From the NCBI GenBank assembly GCA_964016885.1, contig OZ024743.1:66030001-66094000 (forward strand): DNA of 64,000 nt, written 5' to 3'. The first letter of the stretch is position 1. Every line of letters starts with the position of its first letter. The DNA comes from Eledone cirrhosa (lineage: Eukaryota). The position numbers and the translations under genes are program-made. Positions 12,526-28,336 of this stretch are shown here, piece by piece. The notes beneath the pieces are model-generated. The model saw only the letters and a list, made by a program, of their open reading frames with translations. It searched no databases and was not told the origin of the DNA.

Positions 12526-12703
12526 TGGTGCTTATCAAAGCTAAGTACCAAAAAGTGTGAAACAGAGCTCTGTCAGCTTTATCTCTCCTGTTTGCTGAAA
12601 ATTAAAGTAAGTGAGACTGTCACTACTCTAAAACAATAGCGTAAGGTCTTCGAAATGCTTTTAATTAAGCATACAGTGTATTGCAAAATACACTATATAT
12701 ACA

Positions 12704-12889
<186 letters not shown>

Positions 12890-13055
12890 CATATGTATGT
12901 ATATATAAATATATATATATATACATACATACATATGTATGTATATATATATACATACATATGTATGTATATATATATACATACATATGTATATATATAT
13001 TTATAAATAAATATATATATATATATACATACATATATATATGTGTGTGTGTATT

Positions 13056-13089
<34 letters not shown>

Positions 13090-13128
13090 AAGGGGGTAGA
13101 AAGAGAGAGAGGGAGAAAGAAAGAGGCA

Positions 13129-13162
<34 letters not shown>

Positions 13163-13787
13163 ACCGGGCGTGGATTAAAAGATTACTAGAGTGCAAAACT
13201 AATGTAGTTTGATATATTTAATTTTATTCAATCTTTCTATATATAGTTTTCATTTGTAAACGAGAAGCAACTTCCTAGTGAAAATCTAGACAACTTTTAC
13301 TTCACTTTCGACTATTCATTCAGAGATTTTGTGAAAATTTAGCAAAAAATTTGATAGGTCTTACAATTCATTCTTTTTAGTTTTGTTTTGCTATTTTGCA
13401 ACAAGGCAAACTGCAGCTTTGCTTACGATGATTATTCTCCTGAAGTCCCCCATGTTCTTAAGTAACACTCCCTTGATATTTGTGTATATTTTCAGCCATA
13501 GTATATTGCTCTTTTATTCTTTCTTTTGTTAAATATTTATTTCATAGTCATGTATAATTTATATGAGATTTGGCATGTTTGTGTTTCTATGTGGTTCATT
13601 TTATAACAAAATGGCTACCGATTCGATCCTTCTAAGTGACACGTGGTGTGTATTCTTCTATAGGTTCCTGGCTGACTAAGTTATATGTGGTCGACGTAAA
13701 CTTGGCACACACACACACACATATATATATAAAATAATTAAGTAAAATAGGTAAAACTTGGCTTCGTTTATTATAAATTATAGATAT

Positions 13788-13842
13788 ACTGCTATAAATA
13801 TTTCGGTGACAGCCGTCATTGGCTTTGACGTCTTCAGGCTGT
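13788..13842 (-). ncRNA. Type I hammerhead, family H-AUA
   Basis: Sense ACAGC-CTGAAGA-stem II-GAAAT-ATTT-ATA^GCAGT; homologous to 31042 and 56353; one stem I mismatch. Confidence 0.6.
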
Positions 13843-14080
13843 CCGAATTGGTGTGGTAGAGACGGGTACACATGTTGTTTAAGTGTGTTTTACTCCGTCA
13901 ATACTTCGTTATGTCCAGCTCCTGGTAGTGTTGTTATTTTTCTTAGTAACTGGAATCATATGATTCCAGTTCCTAAACAAACCAACCTGCGTACTTCGTC
14001 GAGTGCTTCAATCTGCATACTGAGGTGTCGGTAAACAACCAACATATACTAAAAAAAAAAAAAATATATATATATATATA

Positions 14081-14290
14081 TAACGAAGGAAATGTGGTAA
14101 GGAACCAGATGAACCACAACGCACCAAAGTACTCAATACTTAGGGTAGTAGAGTGGGTAATAGGAACAAGTAGGACCCCGACGGCTGAGCTCAAGCCGTT
14201 TCGACGGGTAATTCTGGACTAAATTCATTTAGTCCAGAATTAGCCGTCGAAACGGCTTGAGCTCAGCCGTCGGGGTCCTACTTGTTCCTA
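14081..14290 (-). mobile_element. Family P1 palindromic insertion
   Basis: Reverse-complement match to 11211-11402 with a longer central hairpin. Confidence 0.75.
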
Positions 14291-14310
14291 TATATATATA
14301 TATATATATA

Positions 14311-15729
<1,419 letters not shown>

Positions 15730-15996
15730 GTGTGTATGTATATATATATAGTGTTAAAAGGTGAAGGTAAAAGTGCGCAGAAGTATATTTAATGATTACC
15801 TTTTCTTTAAAATGATAGAATGAATAATTTTATAATAGTTGCATTAAATATAACCGGTTTCCATTGGATAACAACCTTAACAAATATTAAATATAAAAAA
15901 AATGTACTTTCATGTATTTTGAGAGCAGTTTCAATATAAGTAGATATTGTACAGCCGACCATGTTATTCTTCACTCTTTTACTGTATATATATAGC

Positions 15997-16150
15997 GAGA
16001 GTAGATCCGTTCGGATCTAGCTGTCGAAATAGCCGGGACTCAGCTGTCGGGTTCCTGACACTTTTCCTATTACCCACTTTACTACCCTAAGAATTGAGTA
16101 CTCTAGGGGGTTATGGTCCACCTGGTATCTTACCACACTCTCTTTGTTAT
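15997..16150 (+). mobile_element. Diverged P1 copy without the inverted arm
   Basis: Hairpin TAGATCCG-TT-CGGATCTA, then GTCGAAATAGCC..AGCTGTC^GGGTTCC and the P1 tail. Confidence 0.6.
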
Positions 16151-16242
16151 ATATGTATATATATATATGAATACATACAGTAGTATTCAAAACATTTAAA
16201 CACTGATTGATCGCTCAATACTGGAGGGTAATATTTAGAGAA

Positions 16243-16420
16243 TGGCGGTAGATTGGCAGTATCGGCACTTTATGATCTGAGTTCAAATCCTGCCGAGGTT
16301 AACTTTGCCTTTCATCCTTACGGGGTCGATAAAATAAAGTACCAGTCACGCACTGGCGTCAATTTAATCGACTTTCCCCTCCTCCCAAATGGCCTTGAGC
16401 CTATAATAGAAAGCAATATT
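16243..16420 (+). mobile_element. SINE S1 with internal deletion
   Basis: A box, B box and S1 body. Confidence 0.8.
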
Positions 16421-16514
16421 TAGAGATGTCTTTCCTAAGTGTAAATGCAGCAGTGACATCGAAGTTTCAGCTGAAATAGAGAGAATAATGAAATTGAATA
16501 TTTCTATAGAACAG

Positions 16515-16760
16515 AAGCATAGATGTGATTAAGGAAGCTCTCAAGGGACTTGAAGCTGCCTTGGGAGATGCAGAGGAGCTGGTATGGGACCACCACCGAT
16601 GTAGGGCATTGGTGGACGTGGTCCGATCTAGACACGTTGATACCTCTGGGATCACTGACCTAGGATGACCTCTGTCTCTTCGAACAAGAGCAAAGAAGAA
16701 GAAGAAGAAGAAGAAGAAGAAGAAGAAGAAGAAGAAGAAGAAGAAGAAGAAGAAGAGGGG
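16515..16760 (+). mobile_element. RTE-like LINE extreme 3' end with (GAA)n tail
   Basis: DVIKEALKGLEAALGDAEELVWDHHRCRALV resembles an RTE C-terminus (D..K.D......A.DR..WR); followed by (GAA)n. Confidence 0.55.
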
Positions 16761-17215
16761 AAGAAAAATGAGAAGTAGGAGGAGGAAAGGGAAGAAAAAG
16801 GAAAAGAAGGAGGAGGAGGGAGAGGAGGGGAAGAAGAGGGGAAGAAGAAAAGAAAGAAAGAAAGAAAAAGAAGAAGAAGAAGAAGTAGTAGATAACGCGT
16901 CAATACTGAGTTCTCCTTTCAGATTCAGATTCTCTGTTTAATATATTCAACATCCTTCAACTTGCTAATTCCTTTCAGAGACATCTTTAAACAGCTCAGT
17001 TCTCCTCCAAAGGAAGATTTTGTTACTAGCGAAAAGAAAGTGTTAATTACACATACACACATGCACCGCCCCCACAAGCACGCACACACACTGCTGATAC
17101 GCATACACACATATACATATATACATATATATATATATATATTACACAAACGTGCACCACCCCCACAAGCACGCATACACACATATACATATATACATAC
17201 ACACACACACATATA

Positions 17216-17302
<87 letters not shown>

Positions 17303-17319
17303 CGTATATATATATATAC

Positions 17320-17365
<46 letters not shown>

Positions 17366-17369
<4 letters not shown>

Positions 17370-17960
17370 AAAAATGAAATTTCATTTCTCACTCTTAGTA
17401 CGGCTGATACTTAAATATAAGTATGTATACGTACATACATATATGTATACATGCGTACAGTAGTATGTATATACATACATACATGCACACATATATATAT
17501 ATATATATATACGTGCGTATGGGTTTCCCGAACATTTATTATAATGCTCGGTTTGTTTGTAAACAAACAGCCCGAATTATTAGCCGTACGGTGTTCGGCA
17601 ACCATCGTTGCCATTTTGTTCAACACTGACAAAGGAACGATGAACTAGTTTCTAGCTTATTAGCTGTCATCAGCACTGTATACCTTCCTGTCAGTCAATT
17701 GAACGTTTGAAAGTATATACTTTCCTTATGCATATGAAGAGTGAGAAATGAAATTTCATTTTTTCCATTTATCGTTTTCGGTACGCCCGATCGACTAACT
17801 CACTCGATATGCAAATTAGGCTGCTCAGCCGTTAATATGCATTATAATAAATGTTCGGTAAACCCATACATACATATATATATATATATATGTGTGCATG
17901 TACATACTACTGTACGTCTGTATACATATATATGTACGTATACATACTTATACATATATA
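17366..17960 (-). mobile_element. Hammerhead retrozyme-like family P2, with an inverted segment from about 17737
   Basis: Homologous to 51863-52730, 55100-55570, 56577-57706 and 62760-63327; hammerhead at 17638-17678 (-). Confidence 0.8.
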
Positions 17961-18531
17961 TATATACTACGATATAAATATCTCAGATATGATTTATAGG
18001 TACAACATATTAATATCTTTCATTGCCAAGAGACTAGAGATTGGTAGATGTGAGAGTTGAAATATATGTCTGGTACTTCTAGTAACGACCTCTAGAGACA
18101 TGGCCAGATTTGAACTGGAAACACAGGAAGCCGAAACTAAATATTTTAATACATTTAATAAAGCTCATGGCGCCTTCAATATTTAACACTATATGGATAC
18201 ATATATTTATCGTTTTCTATTGACGGTGAATTAGAACGTTGTATAGAATGCCTGGCTGTATTGGTTCCGGTGTTTTGTCTTCTGAGCTGAAATCCCTCAA
18301 CGTTCCATTTAATTCTTTCGAGGTCGATAAAAAAAAGTACTAGTCCACTACTGGAGTCGACACATCCTCTGCATCTCTTTCTCACTTCCTCTTTCTCCCT
18401 CCTTCTCTGATAGATATCGGCCGTGTTCAAACCTGGAGAAGGGATAGGCTCCACCAGGCTATAAAAATGTCCAAGCCATGTTGTATGTCCCTATCAGGAA
18501 TGACAGGTTCATACGTACATACTTACGTATA

Positions 18532-18872
18532 CGATGGCTGTCCTCTCGTTATCGTGTATGGCCATTGCACGATATACCATTATTAATAATTATTAATTAA
18601 TTCTATCGTGCAATGCCTGTGCGTAAAGATATTTTTTAAAGTGAAGACAGACTGTGCACTGAGCCAATTCCACTCTCTGAGCGACAGTAGCTATAACCCG
18701 AAAAGAAGAAAAGATCAACATCATCGGTAACTACTGAGCCGCAGGTTTTATATCGGAGTTATCCCAGTTTCCTGAGTTGCCTTCTCCTAGAAGAATGCCC
18801 TGACAGAGGCTAGGGGTCCTTCACTCTCAGTGGTTTAACCACACGGTCGGGTATCCAGCCCGATTATTTCTA
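18532..18872 (-). mobile_element. Non-autonomous RTE-related element, family D
   Basis: Reverse-complement match to 5990-6332. Confidence 0.65.
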
Positions 18873-18964
18873 ACATGTATGTATGTATATGCATACATGC
18901 ATACATACGTACGTACGGACGGGCGTACATACATACATACATCCATACGTACGTACGCACACAC

Positions 18965-19551
18965 ATGGCGGCTGCCAATTCGTCCTCGAGCACGGCCACT
19001 ACTGTATATCCATGTAGGAGAACCCCCACCGACGCGCCGAACGAGTGCGACCTTCTAGTCCAGCCAGCGTATTGAAAACTCTGGTACAAACACCACACTT
19101 GTGACAATTACTGACACATAGCGCCGGGCCCATGGTACCATGTGACGACAAGTGCAGAGAGATCTCCAGATATAAAGCAGTGCCTGTGCCGTGAAGCTTT
19201 TATAGTGAGCAAAGGCACTGCACAAAGCCAGTCCCACTCTCTTAACCAAGATGATATTTACCAAAAAGAAGAACAAGTCAACATCATTGGATACCATCAG
19301 GGTTGCAGGTGTTATATCAGAGTTTTCCTTCTCCTAGAATTCTACCTTGACAAAGGCTAAGGGGTCATCTCTCCCGGTGATTTTGGATGGCCATTGACTC
19401 TTAAGAGCTCCTTTGCCCTTTGACAGGTTTTGTTTTTAGTCCTGCAGGATGTCCAAAGCCACCCTCCTCACCAAGAAACCTTGGTGGGGTTGCCAGTTTA
19501 GTCGCCAACGACCCGACCACGAGACAGGTTGTACTGGGATACATGTTACCA
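18965..19551 (-). mobile_element. Non-autonomous RTE-derived element, family A (near full length)
   Basis: Matches 466-977 and extends into the shared head. Confidence 0.75.
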
Positions 19552-19616
19552 CATATTACCACCACATGTTACCACGCACACACATACATACATACATACA
19601 TACATACATACATACA

Positions 19617-19650
<34 letters not shown>

Positions 19651-21194
19651 CTTACATATATTGGCGAGTGACTTAGGCACTATATTATGTCAGCTTAGTC
19701 CACATGAAACCTCCTTGACCACAAATACAGGTTGACTCATAAGCGGACAGTATATGCAAGTTTATTGCATCCGCTTTATGTTTTAATTATATATTTTTAG
19801 CTGATTTTGTTTGATGTATTTATAATCTGGCACTGTATGACCAGAAGTTTAGTAAATATTATTATTACATATATATACTGTATGTTGGATTCTCCGGTTA
19901 TTTATGAGTCACCATGTATAATCAAACTTTTTCTGACCGCAATCATCCTATCTATTGTTCAGAGAATGTAACTAGGATCTAAGGAATCCCTCCATCCTCC
20001 GAGGAAACACCTTCTATATTCTGGCCGCCCGTGCTTGCTCATAATAGAGAGTGACAGGGAGAGGGGGAGCGACGTAGGTAGTGACAGTGGGAGTTTGTGT
20101 CATGGACTCACTCACAGTTAGTTGTACTCACGAGACAACATACACATGTAAAGCTTCATGGAAATATTCTCTAATACAGACATTTGTAACTTATAATGAA
20201 ACACTGGGAAACAATATTTCCATTGGTCTTTCCAATTGATAATACTATCTACCGGTCGCAAATCCAGGCAAAAAGAACAATATGAAATAAAGTGTCTTGC
20301 TCGAGGACATAACGCATTGCCCGGTCTGGGTATTGAACTCACAACATCAGGATTGCGAATCCAATTCTCTAGCCAAGTTATATATTGAACACAAATATCT
20401 CATATAAAATGCATCAAGAGAGTTGATTTGGCTCTTGTGTAATGTCCATATTTCAAATCCAAACATCAAGTCAGTCAATCATATTTGTGGCCTCCCCACA
20501 GCCCCGGCGGACAGAATAGAGAAGGCGTTTCCCCTGAGGACGGCAAATCTGAAGTGATGTAGATTTGTCAGCAATTTCTAGCTGTGACAGCTTACGTCCA
20601 TTTTTGGATCGCTTTGATTGTCGTGATAAACCTTGATTTTACAAATATGTGATCAACCACGATTCACCTGTGACTATCTCATTGATGCTTCAAGGCATAG
20701 AGTTACGGCCATTTAAGTTCTGATTGAAAATGACGCCGAGATTAGCTTCGCCATTCATCCTCACGGGGTCGATAAAATAAAGCACCAGTAACGCGCTGGT
20801 ATCAATTTAATCGACTTTCCTCTCCCCTAAATTGCTGCCCTTATGCATAAATCAAAAACCCTTCTTTTCTTATATAAACAGTGTATATAAAATGACATTT
20901 TAAAAGGTGTCTCCACTGATTTTTTTAACATAAGAGGGTATAATTTTAGAGTTCAGGATTTATAGGTTTTGGGGGCTTTTACAACAACCGGATTATTTTG
21001 ATTCTGTTCAGACACTAGCCAAATATTGCGGGTATTGGGATCAAATTCAGGAGCACGGGCTTGCATACAAACTTCCTCCTAGCGCGTCCACATATACACA
21101 TATAGTACGTACATACTACCAATACAAACTGTTTAAAGTGAACTCTCGCCGGCAGAGGCTTTGTAAAATCGTAGAAAAGCATACAGAGAAAGCA

Positions 21195-21561
21195 TATATA
21201 TATATATATATATATCGTTTCTGAATTTGTTTAGCAAGATTTTTTTTTTTTGTTTTTTAAATCTGAAAACGTGTGTTGAAACCGATATTGTTATACTTTG
21301 GGAGGGTCATGTTGCCAATAAGAAAGACACGCACCAGGTGCTTTCACTTCAATTTATTGTAAATTAAATTTATAAATAGGAATTTATAAATTTCCAGTTG
21401 GTTGGTTGGTTCCACAACCAGACGAAAGAACTTTGACAATATATGAACAATCGACCGGAAATTTATAAATTCCTAAATTTATAGATTTAATTTACAATAA
21501 ATTGAAGTGAAAGCAACTGGTGCGTGTGTTTCTTATTGGCAACATCACCCTCCCAAAGTAT

Positions 21562-21568
<7 letters not shown>
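21195..21568 (-). mobile_element. Palindromic Penelope-like insertion, family P3 (arm+arm+tail)
   Basis: Inverted arms about 21285-21395 and 21455-21568; homologous to 54439-55042. Confidence 0.72.
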
Positions 21569-21640
<72 letters not shown>

Positions 21641-21643
<3 letters not shown>

Positions 21644-21923
21644 CAAAGGAATTGTGGTAAGGAACCAGATGGACCATAACGCACCAGAGTCATATTTTTG
21701 GGGGTCATACTTTTTCCTATATATATATATAGGAAAAAGTATGACCCCGACGGCAGAGCTCAAGCCGTTTCGACGGCTATTTCTGGAGTCCAGAAATACC
21801 CGTCGAAACGGCTTGAGCTCTGCCGTCGGGGTCATACTTTTTCCTATTACCCACTCTACTACCCTAAGTATTAACTACACTGGTGCGTTATGGTCCATAT
21901 GGTTCCTTACCACAACTCCTTCG

Positions 21924-21926
<3 letters not shown>
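21641..21926 (+). mobile_element. Family P1 palindromic insertion (21731-21926) with extra P1 pieces at 21641-21720
   Basis: Same arm+arm+tail structure as 11211-11402. Confidence 0.75.
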
Positions 21927-21979
<53 letters not shown>

Positions 21980-22413
21980 GGTTATGCACGAGTGCATTAA
22001 GGTTTTCCAGGACACAGTGCTATGTACCGTGTAGGGGAAGGTCAGCTTACAACAGAGTGGTGCTCAACGAAATGCAGAAAATAGGTGTATATTCCAGTTT
22101 AGCTATATTCCGGGGCGTGTATAAAGAATTAAAAAGAACAGAAAGATGTCTCTCGTCTTTGTCACATCCTCCTTCTTCTCTACTTCAACTTCACATGAAT
22201 TCCTATAAAAACCTGAACATTCTGGTGCGGTAAACATAATCTCTGAGGATATGGGATCGATTGTGCATTGGATGTCGAATGCTCTACTAACTATATAATA
22301 TTATAGATGCAGCGAGATCTAGGCAAATTGATGTCTATTGAAACGTACGTTAGAACCGAATAAATCTCTTTTACTGCATCTTTCTGTTCTTTTTAATTCT
22401 TTATATATATATT

Positions 22414-22444
<31 letters not shown>

Positions 22445-22453
22445 ACGTAATAA

Positions 22454-22503
<50 letters not shown>

Positions 22504-22584
22504 AATAAGAGAGGCGGATTTATTCGTACATCTTCACTTTATTATCTAATTCTATTATACGTACTTCTAAAGAAATACGGTATG

Positions 22585-22992
22585 TTTATAAATAAACATT
22601 TAGAAAGCCGTAGCTATGCAAAATCCCCGATGACTATCGCCACCTGGCGGTGTCCAGCAGAAGCAAGGGGGACTTTCGTCGATGCATTTCGAGCTGCACT
22701 GGTACTTATCAGGACGACCCCTCCCGCTCTTGCAGCTTGTTGGACTTTGCAAACAGGAGAGAATATATAGTTTTCTCGTCTGTGTAAATGAGGTGATTAA
22801 TCTCATTTGCATATGAAGCTGTATAAGTTGGCTCACTTTGCAAGAGCGGGTAGGATTGACCTGATGAGAAACCAGTTCAGTTCGAAATGCATCGATAATT
22901 GTCTCCCTTGCTTCTGGTGGACACCGCCAGTGTTTTTGCATAGCTGCCAGTATTTTTGCATAGCTACGGCTTTCTAAATGTTTATTTATAAA
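22585..22992. mobile_element. Diverged palindromic insertion with a hammerhead motif in each arm
   Basis: Minus 22676-22717: TCGTC-CTGATAA..GAAAT-GC-ATC^GACGA. Plus 22856-22898: TTGAC-CTGATGA..GAAAT-GC-ATC^GATAA. Confidence 0.68.
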
Positions 22993-23063
22993 CGAAATTT
23001 AGAAATTCCGCATATATATATATATATATACATAAATACAGTATATATATGCATATATATGTA

Positions 23064-23095
23064 CCAGCATTAAAGCCCGGCGTTGCTCGGGTTCA
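23064..23095 (-). mobile_element. Probable Helitron 3' terminus
   Basis: Sense ACCCGAGCAACGCCGGG hairpin, short spacer, CTGG|T (CTRR end); extent of the element unknown. Confidence 0.5.
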
Positions 23096-24044
23096 GTAAG
23101 TTACCAAAGTTAGGTTGCACCACCCATTTTATGGCAGCACTTTTTTGTCTGCCAGGCACTAGTTGAATGAATTGCAGACCTGGACTGCCGAAGCAGGAGC
23201 TGCGCCAGCAGTGACAATTGTAGTTTCGCCTAAAGTGTTGAAATTGTAGTTTCGCGCAAAGTGTTGAAATTTATTGTTTCACAGTACTTGCGCAACACGC
23301 GCGTAAACGATGCCAGCCGAACAACAGAGCTGTGATGGAGTTGTTCTGCCTGGTTGTCTAATGTGTGTTTTCTAAATTTAAGACAGTAGGGAGGAGTGTG
23401 ATAGGGAGGAGTGTTAGCTGCTGTTTCTAGCAGGTTTAGTGACCTCATAGAGGATATGTTTTCTAAATTTAAAACAGTAGGGAGTGGTGTGATATGGGGG
23501 AGCGTTAGCTGCTATTTCTAGCAGGTTTAGTGACCACATAGAGGATATTATTGTGTATAGTAAATGAACTGATACTTCTTTCTTCCACGTTCGTTGATAG
23601 ATGTTTTAAAAAAGATTTATCGCTATTTTTTTGTTGTTGAATACATTTATCTGTTGCTTTTGAATAATTGTTGTTTCGTATGAAATGTAATAAGTTCTCT
23701 TTGTCATTGAAGTAAATAAATGTTTGACCGTTCCACACTCAAAAACAAACGTTCTCTCTCTCTCTCCCTCTCACTCTCTCTCTCTTAAAGTTTAAGGAGA
23801 GTCGAGAGAGGTTTAATTTTACACCTAATTGTGTATGGTTGATGGTATATTTAGTCAGTTTCTACATGCTGTCGAAATGTTGGGGCCACCGCGAAGAGGC
23901 CACTTTCGATTATTTATCGGAGATTTCTTCATAAGAGCCTTTCTTCTTATAGCTTGGTCTAATTGATTTTTTATATGGTTAATTATGCTAATTGGGAGAG
24001 GAAATGGTATATATTTTATCTAATAATTCTAAGGACATGATTTA

Positions 24045-24088
<44 letters not shown>

Positions 24089-24269
24089 ATATGTGTATAC
24101 CTACATATATTCATATATATTTTCCACATCAACAATTGCTTTCAATCAAGCTGCTTATCTGATCAGTGTTAAAATGACATTGACATTGGGATAATACAAT
24201 CAGAGGTGTTTTGCTTTATTTTCTTCTCTGTTTTGTTTTAATCATTCCCTCATATGTCTAATTAATTAG

Positions 24270-24347
<78 letters not shown>

Positions 24348-24473
24348 GTATATATATATATATGTATATGTATATATACATATATTCGTAGTTACAATAT
24401 AAATACATACACGATACACATGCATACGCATACGCAAACACACACACATATTTATACATATGCATACCCCCCC

Positions 24474-24506
<33 letters not shown>

Positions 24507-24674
24507 GGGGGGGGGGGGGGGCATGCATGTGTATAAATATGTGTGTCTGTGTATATATATATATATGCATACATAAATATACATATATATATATATATGC
24601 ATATATATGTATACGTACATATATATACATATATGCATATATATGTATACATACATATATATAAGTATATATAC

Positions 24675-24736
<62 letters not shown>

Positions 24737-25207
24737 CATACATGCACTTATATGAACATATATGTATATCGTACATACATACATGTATACATACTTGCAT
24801 ACATACTTGTATACATATACATACACATACATATATACATACATACATAGATACATGCCTACATACATACGATATACAACCATGTTCGTATATACAAAGA
24901 CAGACACTCACTTAAATAGGTCTGGATAAGCATTCGGTAGGAAGCTGTGCCAGATAACCTATAAACAGTTAAATCACTCTCTCTCTCCCTCTCCCTCTCC
25001 CTCTACCTCTCTCTCTCTACACACACCCCGCTATTCAACCGTTTACTTTCAGTTAATCTTACCCCTCTTTATCTATTTCCTCGTTACACGGCGGCCTTGG
25101 CAACTGTAACGACGGCTTTAAGAAGGATTACTGGCAGATCATTCTGTTCTATGGGACCTCATTCTATCAATCTTCTGACCTAACTGTTTATATTATTAAC
25201 GTTGCAA

Positions 25208-25430
25208 GGGTGGTGGATTGGCAGTATCGGTAGAGGGTCGGACGCTATGGTTTGCAGCATAGCGTTACGGTCCTTTATGATCTGTATTCAAATCCCGCCG
25301 AGGTTAACTTTGCCATTCATCCTTACGGAGTCGATAAAGTAAAGTACCAGTAATGCACTGGGGTCGATTTAATCGACTTTCCCCTCCCTAAAAATTGCTG
25401 GCCTTGTGCCAATATAAGAAACAATTATTA
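25208..25430 (+). mobile_element. SINE S1 full length with TSD
   Basis: A/B boxes; ATTATTAACsTTGCAA on both sides. Confidence 0.88.
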
Positions 25431-25579
25431 ACCTTGCAATTTATTCGGATTTTGGCTACTAGTCACGTATTTCAGTTTGGTGAAATATTTTCAGCCCTAG
25501 TTTTTAGTATTACATAGGGTAGTGGATTAGCAGAATTGGTAGAGCGTCGGATAAGATTCCATTGCAATATTTGTTCTGA

Positions 25580-26092
25580 CCTAGTGGTAAAGTTGCTGGA
25601 TTTACGATCGTAATGTCGTCGGTTCGATTCCTGTGTTGTGAGTTGTGTTCTTGAACAAAACACGTTGTTCCGGTATACTCAGTAGAAAACGAGTAACAGC
25701 AATAGATCAGGGTTTAACCCTGCAATGGACTGGCGTCCTGTCCGGAGGTAGGTCTCGTACTCTCAGTGGCTTAACGTTACGAAACCGGGATAAGCACCGG
25801 CCTGACAAGTTTCCTGGATTTAGACTTAGAGCGTCAGATAACATTCCATTACGATATTTTTTCTGGCCAAGTGGTGAGGGTTCTGGACTTACGATCATAA
25901 TGTCGTGGGTTTGATTCCTGGGTTGGCCTGTGTGATGTGTTCTTGAGCAAAACACTTCATTTCATGTTGCTCCAGAATATTCAGCAGAAAATGAGAAACA
26001 GAAATAGCTGAGAATTTAACCCTGCGTTGGGCTGGCGTCCTATTAAGGGGGGAGGAGGAGTTTTGAACTCTCAGTCGCTTAACGTCACGAAA
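25580..26092 (+). mobile_element. Two tRNA-derived SINEs of family S2 (CORE-like body), nested in older SINE sequence
   Basis: AGTGGT..GGTTyGATTCC..GTGTTCTTGArCAAAACAC; related copies at 20280-20375, 28905-29330, 33470-33608, 36765-37063 and 44660-44780 (all -). Confidence 0.75.
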
Positions 26093-26434
26093 TGGCGTTG
26101 CCCCATGCCTGCTTCTTTTATCCTTGGGTAGTTGCCATTAGATTACACAGAAATAGGGGGGGGGGGGGTGAAATACATTGTGTTATTTGAAAGCTTCTCA
26201 CTCAATCATTGATTATAATTGAGTACTAACGGAAGAGGGACAATACCACGTGTTTTGAGGGAGATCTTATAGCTATTTATACATTAGGAAGACGACCACA
26301 GGTTTTGGTGGGAGGCTGAAGTCGATTATAATGTAAGGACAAAATTAACACATTTTGGAGGAAAGCTATAAATGATTACAATGGAGAGACGAGACAACAG
26401 TGTTTTGTGGGGTGGGTTAATATGAGAGATTATA

Positions 26435-26607
26435 CCAGGGTCGGCTGAAAAGTTCATAGGATGAACATGAAGAAATGTTGCTAGAGCTGTGAAATCTTGC
26501 ATGCATTAATGTCAACTGCTCTTATTAATTGTTTCTTTTCAGAGACTATGTTGAAAAATAAGCCCCAAGGAGAGTATCTTGGTCAGCCCATGAACTTTTC
26601 ACCCTCG
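26435..26607. mobile_element. Mariner-derived MITE
   Basis: TA-CsAGGG..TGAAAAGTTCAT ... ATGAACTTTTCA-CCCTCG-TA; second copy at about 59273-59473. Confidence 0.72.
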
Positions 26608-28195
26608 TAAGGTAGGAACAAAACCACAGGTTTTGAAAAGCAATTAAAGCAAAACCCAATACTTCACTGATGTTTATTTTTCATCTACTGTAGAACGAAA
26701 AGCATATCAATTGTGGCAGCCATTGAGAACTGAGAACACAAGAACCGTAACTAAACTCTGCAATACTAAACTCCTACAATCTACAGATTCTATTAACCAT
26801 TGATCTATTCTTATTGATGATAATATTGCAGATTTATTTTATTGAACGTGAATTTATGACTTAATTTCTGAATAGTTTGTTTAAACATCATTTAACAAGA
26901 GTTTATCTAAAACTAAACATAGAACAACTTTAGAGAAAGAAACTTCTATAGAATACATAAAAGAGGTCAATAGCAAGCACTAGTGAGATTCGAACGCACA
27001 GGCTGTAGATTACTTACATTTAATTACCTTTCTTTCGTATATTTCTTTGTATCTGGATATACATTGGGTGAGGCGGTGATTTTCAGAGTCGTTAGGCCAT
27101 CGAATTAAATCAATCACGGTATTTGCTACGGTTTCCTACGTCCTGAGTTCAAATCCCGCTGACGTCATCTTTCCTTTGCAGCCTTTAGAGGTTGATAAAT
27201 ATAGTACCAGTCCCTTATTCGGGTCGATGTTTCCTTTAACACACACACAAAGAGTGACACAAACACACTGACACACACACACATATATATATACACACAA
27301 ACAAAAAACGATGACACACACACACATATATATATACACACACAAGCACACGCTGATACACACACATACACCCAGCTTCTCTTCCTTTGAAAGAAATCAG
27401 TTGTGTTCAGTCGTGGAGATAAACTCCATCGTGGGGATAAACTCCACCAGGTCTAAAATGCCCAGGATATGCCATATGTCAAGACTCCATTAGGGATTAA
27501 GGATCCTTTAACTTACACAGTTTGTTGATGAGTATAAGAGAGAGAAATTAAAACGAGATCGCTATAACTGCTACATACGTATACATCGCCTCAATGTTAC
27601 TTCATATGTATTTCGTTTAGGTCCTGTACTTCCTGATGGTAAACGGTGTTTCTTTGGCATTTTAAGCCTGGTGGAGCATAAACCCTCTCCAGGTCTTAAC
27701 ACAGCAAATTCATCCTACAGAAAGATATAAAGTCAGAAGCGGGGACGGGAGAAAGAGATATAGAGGAAGAATCGAACTCAGTACTTCACTGGTACATTTT
27801 ACCGACCTTGAATAGATGAAAGGCAGAGTTGACCTCGACAGGATTTCATCTCGGAGAGCAGTGAGCTGGAACGAATACAACAAAACATTCTATCCGACAT
27901 TCTAACGACTCTGCCAATTCGTCACCCTCCTTATGTGTAAACACATACATATACGAACATACATATATATTAAACAGATCTCGCTTCGTGTGGGAAGTGC
28001 TCCAGTTTCTCAATCTATGTAAAATAAAATTAAGGACCTGTAATCCCTGATGAAATGTTTGGGCCATTTTAAACCTGGTGAAGCCTACACCTGTCTAAAC
28101 ACAGCCAATTTCTTACAGAGAGAGAGGGAGGAGAGGGAGAGGAGGAGAGCGAATGAGAGAGGGAGAATGAGTGAGTGAGAGTGAGAGGAGAGAAA

Positions 28196-28234
<39 letters not shown>

Positions 28235-28336
28235 TCTTTTACTCTTTTACCTGTTCCAGCCATCCGGCTGAGGCTATGAAGTGGTATATATATATATATA
28301 TATATATACACAATACAATGGGAGGAAACATAATAG

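Noticed and set aside
12523-12582. GAAAC-AGAGCTCT-GTC^AGCTTT preceded by a hairpin
   Set aside because: Resembles the 3' half of a hammerhead but has no CUGANGA core; not called as a ribozyme
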